DNA from: Thermodesulfobacteriota bacterium
GTDB lineage: Bacteria > Desulfobacterota > Desulfarculia > JACQYL01
Length of the DNA stretch: 64,000 nt
Reading direction: 5' to 3'
Assembly: GCA_963675595.2 (NCBI GenBank)
Contig: CAXXLZ010000002.1
Span: 32,001-96,000, forward strand
Position 1 is the first letter of the stretch. Each line of letters starts with the position of its first letter. The position numbers and the translations under genes were made by a program. The notes below the pieces were generated by a model, which was not told the origin of the DNA, made no database searches, and saw nothing but the letters and a program-made list of their open reading frames with translations. Shown here one piece after another: positions 55,146-64,000 of the stretch.

Positions 55146-56714
55146 TTAAGCTCTCACATAAATGGAATGTTCGCCCTGTCCCTGGCGGAATTTATTGAGG
55201 ACTCCCGCTTCAACCGAGCTCTCCGTCGACGAGCTTGCCACCCGCGGCGTTCTCGATCGAGAGCCGCTCTTGCTTCCGGATTCTTCTTTTCCCTGAGAGT
55301 TCTCTTGCTTCAGAAAGACGTCGGCTTGACCGCCGCCCATACCCGCATCCGACAAAGAATGTTTCAGCATATTCATGCCCGACTCGAGTGCTTCCCTGAC
55401 CAGAGGAGTGGACGCCGTGAAAACCGCTTTCACGTGATCTCCACGCACGATCACCTCCACGTCCACGGACCCCAGTTGAGGTGGATTGAGGTTGAGAGTG
55501 GCTTTTTGCGTACCGGTCCAGGTAACCTTGGTTACCATTTCCTCCAATTGCGTCTGGACTTGGCGCACGACCTCAGCGTTGGTGAGAGTCACGTTGTTGG
55601 ATCGCAAGGGCGTTGTTGCACGCGCATCGGCACTTTTTTCCGCGGCCGTCTGGGTCTGTTCCTCCACCTGCGAACCCAGGACTCGCTCGTCGGCCGACTT
55701 TGCACCGGATTCCACGCCCTCCACAGCTGAGTGGCGACCTTTCACGGACGTATCCGTTGATGATTCCTTGGTTCCATCGAAAAGCTTCTTCTCCAAGCCT
55801 TCATGCAGTTCCGAACGCAAAACCGCAGACTTGTCGGGTGCATCGGAATCCATCGATTCGGCCAAGGCATCGGAAGCGGAATTGAGGACTCGAGCCTCCT
55901 GCGAAGCACCGGAAAAGGATGAAACGCCGATCGATTTGTCTCCCCCGACCAACTTCTTACCCGTCTCCTGGACAACGACACCGACTTTGCTTTCGCTCCG
56001 TTTCGACTTGTCGACGATCTTCCCCTCTTCCAGGCTTTGAGGCGCACTTGTAGCCCCTATCGCCTCACTTGCCGTGGCCTGTGCGACGTTCGACGTTGTC
56101 TTGGCGGCCTCGAGTCCTTTGGCACCGACGCCCACGGCCTTACTGGAAGAGCCGTCGGTGTATTTCTGAAACAAGTTCTTCCCTTTCAGGTTCACCAGAC
56201 CCGTTTGGGTCTGTTTGCCTCCAAGAGGAACCGATTCGTCGGCGCCTCCCGTCTGGAAGCCGCTCATCATTCCGATAAGCTCACTCCCGAGCGACCGGAC
56301 ATTTTTGCCGATCGATCCGCTGGTCGGGTCCGTTGTCACCCCTTTAAGCGTTTCTCGACTCGAGGCCGACGCATTTTCCGCTTTGCCGGTTGCTCCTTGT
56401 GAGCCTGAAGCGGTGGTTGAACCGTCTTTGGTCTTCGTATTCGGTTCCGATTGACTGGAATGACTCTGCTCGGACCTGACGGATTTTTCATCCGAGACCG
56501 AAGACTTCGTGCGAGAGGAGTCCGACTTGGCCGAGGAGTCCGTGTTTCGAACGTGCGTGTTGGAGGCGACCGGTATGTTCGCAGCGGCTTCGATCGAACT
56601 CAGAACGGCGGCGAAATCCTCGCCCTCAACCGAGCCGGATCCGCCGGACGAACTATAGCCGCCCGAGACTGCTTCCGGTACTGCACTGCTGATTGTCTGT
56701 ATGAGATCTTGAAT
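55146..56714 (-). CDS. fliK: Hook-length control protein, 522 aa if it starts at ATT 56714
   Basis: C-terminal LNPPQLGSVDV..VREALE domain; frame read codon by codon stays open to TGA at 56721-56723; SD GGAGGTGA 6 nt before ATT. Confidence 0.88.
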   Translation of the reverse strand: MQDLIQTISSAVPEAVSGGYSSSGGSGSVEGEDFAAVLSSIEAAANIPVASNTHVRNTDSSAKSDSSRTKSSVSDEKSVRSEQSHSSQSEPNTKTKDGSTTASGSQGATGKAENASASSRETLKGVTTDPTSGSIGKNVRSLGSELIGMMSGFQTGGADESVPLGGKQTQTGLVNLKGKNLFQKYTDGSSSKAVGVGAKGLEAAKTTSNVAQATASEAIGATSAPQSLEEGKIVDKSKRSESKVGVVVQETGKKLVGGDKSIGVSSFSGASQEARVLNSASDALAESMDSDAPDKSAVLRSELHEGLEKKLFDGTKESSTDTSVKGRHSAVEGVESGAKSADERVLGSQVEEQTQTAAEKSADARATTPLRSNNVTLTNAEVVRQVQTQLEEMVTKVTWTGTQKATLNLNPPQLGSVDVEVIVRGDHVKAVFTASTPLVREALESGMNMLKHSLSDAGMGGGQADVFLKQENSQGKEESGSKSGSRSRTPRVASSSTESSVEAGVLNKFRQGQGEHSIYVRA

Positions 56715-56752
56715 GGCTGATCACCTCCCCCAATGATGCTGAACCTCAGTAA

Positions 56753-56768
56753 AGCAAGGGACGTGCCG
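56753..56768 (-). promoter_or_regulatory. Sigma54 promoter of fliK-flgD-flgE
   Basis: CGGCACG-TCCC-TTGCT. Confidence 0.8.
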
Positions 56769-56999
56769 ATGTTGCCCTGAAAAAAACTCGCTGCAATCAC
56801 GGTATGTTAGGAGAGGGAACTTGGGATAGGAAGCCTCAGATGGGCAGTTTTTTACCTGCTACTGAGGCAGTGGAGCAAAAAATTCCATCGGTGGTTCCGG
56901 AATGCCGGGAAGACGGCGGTGGAGGCCCCATTTGTCGATTCGAACGCCTGAGGCCTTTGCCGGGTGGTATTCGTGCGTGGGGGAAAAGGTTATAGTCTG

Positions 57000-57608
57000 T
57001 TATTCCTTGAGCTTGATCAGTTCCTTGCTGATCGCTTCGCCCCGGTCGGGTTTCACATAACCCCAAATCCTGCCCGCTTTCCTCGGGTTCATGCGAATCA
57101 GGAGCTTGGCGGCCATGGAAGGGGAAAGAGCGGAAATCATGGGGCCCGCCTTTTCAGGGGTGGTTTCCTCGTAAACCTTGGCCAGACGATTCAGAGTTTC
57201 CTCTTCCGCCTCGTTCTTCTTCCGAATCGTCTCGTCGACTTGGGCTTTGAGCTGTTTCAACTCGCCCAGCGTAGCGCTCAACCGGCTTTTGACCTCCTCG
57301 AGCCGCTTTCGTTCTTCCTCGGATCGCGCCGTGGCGTGATCGGCATTCTTCTCCCGTTCCCTAAGCTGCTCAAAGCGTCTTTCCTGAATCGACTTAAGGA
57401 ATTCATCGACTGCCGGAGACGGCCCCTGCATTCCCTGTCCCGGGGCAGGTTCCTCGTCCTGCGCCTGCGCGGTGGAGGAGAACTCCATTGGGCTTCGAGG
57501 AAATTCGGCCCCCAAATCCACCGCCACAACGACAAGCAGAATGATCTTCAAGCCGAGCAGGCCCAATACTCCCCGGACGAAGAGGCTACTCCCTCTCCGC
57601 CTTCGCAT
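57000..57608 (-). CDS. MotE/FlbB-like (MgtE_N domain) flagellar protein
   Basis: TM anchor, coiled coil, LAKVYEETTPEKA..MNPRKAGRI; follows fliJ. Confidence 0.82.
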   Translation of the reverse strand: MRRRRGSSLFVRGVLGLLGLKIILLVVVAVDLGAEFPRSPMEFSSTAQAQDEEPAPGQGMQGPSPAVDEFLKSIQERRFEQLREREKNADHATARSEEERKRLEEVKSRLSATLGELKQLKAQVDETIRKKNEAEEETLNRLAKVYEETTPEKAGPMISALSPSMAAKLLIRMNPRKAGRIWGYVKPDRGEAISKELIKLKE

Positions 57609-58029
57609 CGAAGTATCTCCGGACGGCAATTTCATCCAGGAACGCCATCTCTTTCCGGGCCGACTCGGTCTGGTATCTCTTCCATTCCTTTTCACGGAGC
57701 CTCTCCATCGCCTGTTCATTCTTTTTGGCTTCCAGAAGCTCGACAATTTTTTCCTCGACTCTATCTTCCAGCTCGAGGACTTCTTCTTCCGCCTCACGAA
57801 TCTTCTCGGCGAGCCCATCGACGAAACGATGGTATATTTTGATTTCGTCGATGTTCAGGTCGAGCCGGGACCGGAATTCCTCAACGCACTGTCGCCTTCT
57901 GTCCGCTAGTTGTTCCCGGAATTCCCTGGCCGCATCGAGAAGGCCTCTCAAGTCGCTCAACTCCACTTCGATCCGGTCTCTGACTTGTCGTCGAATGTCC
58001 AGTATACGCTGGAGCTTGAATCGGAACAC
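57586..58029 (-). CDS. fliJ: Flagellar export chaperone
   Basis: FRFKLQRILDIR...ERLREK...E..LDE. Confidence 0.92.
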   Translation of the reverse strand: MFRFKLQRILDIRRQVRDRIEVELSDLRGLLDAAREFREQLADRRRQCVEEFRSRLDLNIDEIKIYHRFVDGLAEKIREAEEEVLELEDRVEEKIVELLEAKKNEQAMERLREKEWKRYQTESARKEMAFLDEIAVRRYFDAKAERE

Positions 58030-58139
58030 CGTCTATCTCCCGAATGTTGCGCGCACGCATCCCGACAGGCCCCGCCGGCAACTTCCGCAACCCCGCAAAC
58101 ATCCGAAAGAGGCGAAAAACGCCTTGTTCATCGAAGGGT

Positions 58140-59504
58140 TCACTTACCTTTGCCTTTCTTAGGCGGTGGCGGCTTACGGACCGGAGGCGGGTACAACTGC
58201 TGCAGCCGGGCGACCGTTTCCGGCATCGTCGAACGCTCCTGGGTCCCTTGCCTCAAGAAATCGTTGACCGGGTCGATCATACGAATCGCCTGATCGATCT
58301 GAGGATTGCTTCCCGCCGCGTAAGCGCCGATATTGATTAAGTCCTCGGAACGACGATAGGTAGCCACCGTTCGTATCAGATTTCGGGCGCTCTCCACGTG
58401 TTCGGGCGGCACTACATCGGACATGCAACGGCTGACACTGGATAGGATGTCGATGCTCGGATAATGATTCTGGGCGGCCAAGTCCCTGGTCAGCATGATA
58501 TGCCCATCGAGTATGGCCCGGGCAGCGTCGGAAATGGGTTCGTTGAAATCGTCGCCCTCAACGAGCACGGTATAGATTCCGGTGATGCTTCCGGCATCGC
58601 TTTTCGATCCCGCACGTTCCAGCAGTTTGGGCAGCAGCGTGAACACGCTCGGCGTGTAGCCTCTGGTGGTGGGCGGCTCTCCGACCGACAGCCCCACCTC
58701 CCTCTGCGCCATGGCGAATCGGGTCAGGGAATCCATCATCAAAATGACATGCTTACCGCGATCTCTGAAGTATTCCGCGACCGCGGTGGCCACATAAGCC
58801 CCTCGCATTCTTATCAAAGGCGGTTGGTCGGAAGTCGCCACGACTACGACCGAGCGTTTCAATCCCTCCGTACCCAGATCCTTTTCGATGAACTCCCGCA
58901 CTTCACGTCCTCGTTCCCCGATGAGTGCGATAACACTGATGTCGGCACTGGTATTCCTGGCGATCATGCCCAGAAGGGTGCTCTTGCCCACACCGCTCCC
59001 GGCGAATATTCCGATACGCTGTCCCTTACCCAACGTCAGCAATCCGTTGATCGCCCTGATCCCGACGTCCATGGGCTCCGTTATGCGAGCACGTGCCAAG
59101 GGATTGATGGGCTCCGCATAGAGCGGGTATGTGGCATCGGAGTAAATCGCAGCGCCGCCGTCCATCGGAATTCCGCGCCCGTCCAGAACCCGACCCGTCA
59201 AATCGTCGCAAACGGGAATGGCGGCCGACTCCCCCAAAGCCACGATGTGGCTTCCCGGGCCCACTCCCTGAGTATCGCCCAAAGGCATGAGTAGGACCCT
59301 GTTGTCGCGAAAGCCGACGACCTCCGCGGTAAAGGCTTCGCGTCTCGGATCCTTGGGGAACACTTTGCAGATGCTTCCGATATGGGACCCGGGTCCGTGC
59401 CCCTCGATGATCAGACCCACCAGTCGAGTCACCTTGCCGTTCACCGTTATGGGATCGACCTGCTCAACGCATTCCAGATAGCTGCTCAGATCAACCCGTG
59501 GCAT
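58140..59504 (-). CDS. fliI: Flagellar export ATPase
   Basis: AGSGVGKST, GERGRE, MDSLTRFA, GEPP, LDGHI. Confidence 0.97.
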   Translation of the reverse strand: MPRVDLSSYLECVEQVDPITVNGKVTRLVGLIIEGHGPGSHIGSICKVFPKDPRREAFTAEVVGFRDNRVLLMPLGDTQGVGPGSHIVALGESAAIPVCDDLTGRVLDGRGIPMDGGAAIYSDATYPLYAEPINPLARARITEPMDVGIRAINGLLTLGKGQRIGIFAGSGVGKSTLLGMIARNTSADISVIALIGERGREVREFIEKDLGTEGLKRSVVVVATSDQPPLIRMRGAYVATAVAEYFRDRGKHVILMMDSLTRFAMAQREVGLSVGEPPTTRGYTPSVFTLLPKLLERAGSKSDAGSITGIYTVLVEGDDFNEPISDAARAILDGHIMLTRDLAAQNHYPSIDILSSVSRCMSDVVPPEHVESARNLIRTVATYRRSEDLINIGAYAAGSNPQIDQAIRMIDPVNDFLRQGTQERSTMPETVARLQQLYPPPVRKPPPPKKGKGK

Positions 59505-60387
59505 CTTGACCCGCCTCCGAGCGTTGCTTTTCGAGGTTTTCGATCAGGCTCTTCTCTATCCGTTGAAATTGTTCATCAAGCCTTGCGTCCAGATCGCCGA
59601 AAGACGTTTCCACCACGGCCCCACCTCTCGGAATGGCGGGATCGGCCTGAAAGGTCAGGTCCCGAATGTCGGGAATCCCGTCCAGCAGTTCCGCCTGAGC
59701 CGACTTGGCCCTCTCGGCATCCGATGGGTGGAGTCTGATCACGACGGAATCCTTGTCGGTCACCCTCTTGAGCACGTGCCTGAGGTTCTGAATGATGACA
59801 TCCGGATTCTGAAGTACCTCCGCATGGATGACTTTGCGGGCAACGGCCAAAGACAGCCGGACGATCTCCGAATCCATATCCCCCAAGCTCGAGGCAGCCA
59901 CCTCTTTGAATTCCACCAGAGCCTTTTCAAGCGCCTTTATGGCCGATTCAAAACGTTTCTCCCCGATCTCGATTCCCGTTTTTTCCCCTTGCTTATACCC
60001 GCTCTCGTAGGCCTCCCGCTCGATGTGCGCCGCCTTTTCTTGAGATTCCTTGAGCATCTTCTCGGAATCCGTCTTGGCCTGCCGCAGTATCTCCTCCGCT
60101 TCACGCTCCTCTGCGCGAGGTTTGGGGGGGGCCTTTCTCGGTTTGGACTTCTCGACCGGAGCCGGCTGCTCGATTTCGGGTTCGCTCGGAACCGGCTTCT
60201 CTTCCACCGGCGGTTCCGGGCTCACTATCGACGCGAGCAGCGGCTGGAATCCGGGTTGGATCGATGCGCCGTTTCCATGATGTCCCGAAGCACGACCGCT
60301 CATATCCGGAGGCTCCAGGGGAATCATGACGCTCTCACTCGCCGTGGTCCCCTCGGTGCCGAACATCCGCTTAAACAAGGACTTCAT
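59491..60387 (-). CDS. fliH: Flagellar assembly protein
   Basis: AYESGYKQG GxxxG repeats, IRLHPSD, GGAVVET..GDLDA. Confidence 0.92.
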   Translation of the reverse strand: MKSLFKRMFGTEGTTASESVMIPLEPPDMSGRASGHHGNGASIQPGFQPLLASIVSPEPPVEEKPVPSEPEIEQPAPVEKSKPRKAPPKPRAEEREAEEILRQAKTDSEKMLKESQEKAAHIEREAYESGYKQGEKTGIEIGEKRFESAIKALEKALVEFKEVAASSLGDMDSEIVRLSLAVARKVIHAEVLQNPDVIIQNLRHVLKRVTDKDSVVIRLHPSDAERAKSAQAELLDGIPDIRDLTFQADPAIPRGGAVVETSFGDLDARLDEQFQRIEKSLIENLEKQRSEAGQDATG

Positions 60388-61408
60388 CCCCGCCCTTTCC
60401 GGCCACTACGATCCTACCCTCCTCTTCCAGTTTACGAGCCACGCGAATGATTTCCTGCTGAGACGTTTCAACGTCGGAAAGTCTCGTCGGCCCCATGGCT
60501 TCCATGTCTTCCATAAGCATTTCCGAAGCGCGCGAGCTCATGTTCCGGAGGAATTTCTCCTTCACTTCCTCCGTGGCTCCCCTCAAGGCGATGGCGAGCG
60601 TCTTGGAGTCGATCTCCCTCAGCAGTTGCTGTACCCCGCGGTCATCCACACTGTTCAGGTCTTCAAACACAAACATAAGTTTGCGGATCTCGTCTGCGAG
60701 CGCGGGATTGATCTCCTCCATGTGGGCCAGGACCTCTTTTTCCGACTGGGTATCCAACTGGTTCAGGATCTCCGCCACCGGTTGAGCCCCCCCCATCTTC
60801 TTTCCAAGTCCGGCGGAAATCTGAAGTTCGTTCTTGAGGACATGGGCCACTTCCTGAAGAACGTCCGAGGGAACCTGGTCCAATTCCGCCATCCTCATCA
60901 TGATTTCGTTCTTCATTTCCTGGCCTAGATGGCTCAGCACCACGGCGGCCTTGTCGGGTTGCATGTAGGCCACGACGATGGCGATGGTCTGTGGATGCTC
61001 CCCTTTGATGAAGTCGGCCAGTATATCCGGATCGATGGTTCGGAGAGCGTCAATAATGGTAAGATCTGAAGAAGGCAGTTCCGAGGTCAGATTGGAAATG
61101 ATGTAATCCGCCTGTTCCTTGTCCAATGCGCGCTGGATAAGAGCTTTGGCGTATTCGGCGCCACCGCTGAGAACCCCCTCGTCACTCGACATCAGTTCCG
61201 AGAACTCCTCGGCCACCCTACGTACCAGGGCCACGGGAACGTCGTCCATCTGACTCATACGATTCGAGATCAGATGGATTTCTCTAGGATTCATCCTCCT
61301 CATGATATTTGCGGCGGCTGAGGGATCCATGCTCAGAAGCAGAACCGCCGCTTTATCCACGTCGGGCATCCCCGAAGAATCCCCGCTCTTCGATTTCTTA
61401 TCGCTCAT
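60371..61408 (-). CDS. fliG: Rotor protein
   Basis: KAAVLLL, EHPQTIA, MFVFEDL, NMSSRA. Confidence 0.97.
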   Translation of the reverse strand: MSDKKSKSGDSSGMPDVDKAAVLLLSMDPSAAANIMRRMNPREIHLISNRMSQMDDVPVALVRRVAEEFSELMSSDEGVLSGGAEYAKALIQRALDKEQADYIISNLTSELPSSDLTIIDALRTIDPDILADFIKGEHPQTIAIVVAYMQPDKAAVVLSHLGQEMKNEIMMRMAELDQVPSDVLQEVAHVLKNELQISAGLGKKMGGAQPVAEILNQLDTQSEKEVLAHMEEINPALADEIRKLMFVFEDLNSVDDRGVQQLLREIDSKTLAIALRGATEEVKEKFLRNMSSRASEMLMEDMEAMGPTRLSDVETSQQEIIRVARKLEEEGRIVVAGKGGDEVLV

Positions 61409-61415
61409 GACAGGC

Positions 61416-63008
61416 TCACCTGATCCAGGCCCGGATCAATTGGACCATCTTGTCCGGATCATTTTCGGCCAAAGCGTTGATCTCCGCCAACAGATCCCTC
61501 TTTTCGGCCACTTCTTCCTCGGGCGCTTCGAGAGCTTCCAATCTCGCCCGTTCCTCATCGGTAAGCAGCCGTTCTTCTGGAATCTCCTCTTCCTTGGCAA
61601 GAAGTTGCCTGAGCATGGGGCGCACCACGAAGAAGATCACCAACAAGGCCAACAGCAGGATCACCGCATATTTGACGTAGGATGCGATCATCTTCCTCCG
61701 CTCCAATTCGCCGAGGAGACGTTCCGCGTCCACTTCTTCAGCCATATGTTTGAAGGGCAGGTTGACCACCGTGACACGGTCGCCCCTCAATTCATCGTAA
61801 CCGATGGCATTTTCGACCATCCGTCTGTATTTCTCAAGTTCCTCGTCCGTCCGAGGAACATACTTCATGAAATCCTTGCCGACGTCGTCGGTTTCTTTTT
61901 GGTAAGAGCCGTCCACCATCACGGCGACGCTCAACTTCTCGATGCTGCCCGCCGGCACTCGATTATTCTGAACGACCCGGGTGATCTCGTAATTGATCGT
62001 TTCCACCTGTTTCCGGTAGATGTCCCGAGCGGTTGTGCCCTGCTCCTGGTCCAGCCCTTCCACATTGGGCCTGACCCCGGGAACGCCCGCGGGATTCATC
62101 TGACCGCCAATGGATTCCTCATTTTGGCGCTGCTCGCTTCGGACCGCGGTTTTATCCGGATCATAGATCTCCCGCGTTTCATCCGTGGACGTGAAGTCGA
62201 TATTCGCGTCCACACGGGCCGTCACCTTGTCTTTGCCCAGCGTCTGCTCGAGGAGGCTAGTGATCTTCTGCTGGATGGATTTTTCGATCTTGGCTTTGAG
62301 TTCCTGCTGCGATTGGGAGAGGATGCCGGTAACCGTACTTTCGGATCCATCATATAAGATATTCCCCGAAGAGTCCACAATGGACACGTTCCCGGCCCGC
62401 AACCCCTCGACACTTCCAGTCAACAGATTCACGATTCCTTTGACTTGAGCCCTGGTCAGCAAAGCGGCGCGATCCAAACCGAGCACCACGGATGCTGTGG
62501 CCGGTTCCTGAGCATCTTCGAACAACGCCCTTTCCGGGATGACGATGTGCACCCTCGCCGTTTTGACTTCCTCCAAATGCGCGATGGTGCGCGCCAATTC
62601 TCCTTCAAGCGCCCTGCGGTAATTGAGCTTCTGCACAAACTCGCTCATGCCGAGCTTGGCTTCGTCGAAAAGTTCGTAGCCGATGTTTCCTCCCTGAGGA
62701 ATACCCTGCCCGGCCAAACTAAGACGAACGTCGTAATAATTCTCCACGGGCACCAGGACGGTAGTGCCGTTGTCGGAAAGCCTGTAAGGAGTCTTGGAGG
62801 CCTTGAGCGACTCTACAATGGCATTGGCGTCCTGCGGAGAAAGGTCGGTGTACAAGATACGGTATTCCACCTGACTGCCCCACAAAATAACGGCGATCAG
62901 CCCTCCCACCACCATTAGAAGGACCAACACGAAACTGATTTTGCGGGCAAGGGACAGGCTTCCGATGAATTCTGCGGCCTGCCGATACAGCCTTTTCAAG
63001 AAGTCCAC
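61416..63008 (-). CDS. fliF: MS-ring protein
   Basis: GYELFD, RALEGELARTI, ATASV, RLSVAV-like KLSVAV, RGD. Confidence 0.96.
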   Translation of the reverse strand: MDFLKRLYRQAAEFIGSLSLARKISFVLVLLMVVGGLIAVILWGSQVEYRILYTDLSPQDANAIVESLKASKTPYRLSDNGTTVLVPVENYYDVRLSLAGQGIPQGGNIGYELFDEAKLGMSEFVQKLNYRRALEGELARTIAHLEEVKTARVHIVIPERALFEDAQEPATASVVLGLDRAALLTRAQVKGIVNLLTGSVEGLRAGNVSIVDSSGNILYDGSESTVTGILSQSQQELKAKIEKSIQQKITSLLEQTLGKDKVTARVDANIDFTSTDETREIYDPDKTAVRSEQRQNEESIGGQMNPAGVPGVRPNVEGLDQEQGTTARDIYRKQVETINYEITRVVQNNRVPAGSIEKLSVAVMVDGSYQKETDDVGKDFMKYVPRTDEELEKYRRMVENAIGYDELRGDRVTVVNLPFKHMAEEVDAERLLGELERRKMIASYVKYAVILLLALLVIFFVVRPMLRQLLAKEEEIPEERLLTDEERARLEALEAPEEEVAEKRDLLAEINALAENDPDKMVQLIRAWIR

Positions 63009-63196
63009 TGTTTCACTCGCTCATGAGAATTCAGGCGAACCGTCCACCTGAAAGACGTTTCGAAGCTCCGAGGCTTATCCCCGGCGACCCCATGACCGTA
63101 ATGGTCCTCGTCGCAAGGCGGAACACAACCCGATAAGGGTTGCAGTTTTCATCCGGTCTTGAGGGATGCGACGAGACTCAAGAGCTCATTCGGAAA

Positions 63197-63505
63197 TTAG
63201 ACCTGCATTCGGAGCACTTCCCTGTAAGCATCGACAACCTTGTTTCGAACCTGCATCATCAGCCGGAAGGAAAGGTTGGCCTTTTCCAGGGCGATCATGG
63301 TCTGATGGATGTTCTTGTTCCCACCGGTCGTCATTTCAGCGACGGCTTCGTTGGCCTCGGACTGGAGCCGATTGACTTTTTTGAACTCGCCTTTGAGCGT
63401 ATCGGCGAAATTCATCGGCTCGGAATTGGGGTCCGCGGACGCCTTAACCTGATCCTTGGGGCCCTGCACCATCAAACGGCCCGCTTTCAGCATCTCCAGT
63501 TCCAT
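63197..63505 (-). CDS. fliE: Hook-basal body protein
   Basis: FADTLK, QVRNKVVDAYREVLRMQV. Confidence 0.95.
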   Translation of the reverse strand: MELEMLKAGRLMVQGPKDQVKASADPNSEPMNFADTLKGEFKKVNRLQSEANEAVAEMTTGGNKNIHQTMIALEKANLSFRLMMQVRNKVVDAYREVLRMQV

Positions 63506-63552
63506 ATGCTCCCTCCGTCCTCATTGCTTTGGTGCCGACTGAATGCACCGAC

Positions 63553-63990
63553 TTAACGACCGAGCTCCAGAGCCCGCTGAGCCATCGACCGGCTGGTCCC
63601 CGCCACGGCGAGGTTGGCTTCGTAAGCTCGGGAAGCGTCCATCATGTTCACCATTTCGTACACCAAATCCACATTGGGCATGGTCACATAACCCTCGGCA
63701 TCGGCATGCGGATGATGAGGATTGAAGACTTTCCTGAAAGGCGCCTGGCTTCTGGTGATCTCGGCGACCCTGCACTCGCTGATATTTCTCGAGGCAACGG
63801 CGTCTAATTCCCTTTCAAATGCGTTCCTTTTGGGCACCGCCTCAAAAACGACCTCACGCTTTTGGTAGGGCCCCCCCTCGGGCGTTTTGGTGGTATGAAT
63901 GTTCGCCATGTTCGAAGCGATGACATTCAATCGAATCTTCTGAGCGGTAAGCGCCGAGCCGCTCAGTTCCATTGCGGTAAACAGGTCCAT
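63553..63990 (-). CDS. flgC: Basal-body rod protein
   Basis: IASNMAN, GGPY, PHHPHAD..GYV.MPNVD, RAYEAN. Confidence 0.96.
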   Translation of the reverse strand: MDLFTAMELSGSALTAQKIRLNVIASNMANIHTTKTPEGGPYQKREVVFEAVPKRNAFERELDAVASRNISECRVAEITRSQAPFRKVFNPHHPHADAEGYVTMPNVDLVYEMVNMMDASRAYEANLAVAGTSRSMAQRALELGR

Positions 63991-64000
63991 CTTAACTCCC

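Overview
GC-rich bacterial chromosome segment; gene content and arrangement (sirC-ccsA-hemA, rubrerythrin, HDOD, sigma54-driven flagellar cluster with MotE) point to an anaerobic Desulfobacterota/deltaproteobacterium (inference). Layout: (1) 1-2.4 kb: truncated DUF484-like gene, HDOD gene, modular intergenic repeats/MITE, two tRNA-Ser; (2) 2.4-8.1 kb: small accessory island after tRNA-Ser(GCT) with decayed phage lysis-gene relics, a long pentapeptide-repeat gene, an intact IS3 (IS407 group) element with 4-bp target duplication and an atypical hicB-hicA pair; (3) 8.4-35 kb: housekeeping and signalling genes (heme pathway, tatA, pseudo-receiver/TPR/pseudokinase, lon, larC, cinA, thpR, PKD protein, rubrerythrin, MDH, LUD, flavodoxin, diguanylate cyclase, yjbQ, two-gene SufC/SufB); (4) 35-64 kb: minus-strand flagellar cluster flgC to cheY/fliL, interrupted by an oppositely oriented Maf-like gene. 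Best signals missed by the ORF track: an orphan sigma54 promoter plus IHF site driving an apparently non-coding, GGA-rich ~170-nt RNA (26931-27098, minus), and a fliK that appears to start at an ATT codon 125 codons upstream of the called start. All family assignments come from motif recognition by eye; no database searches were run.
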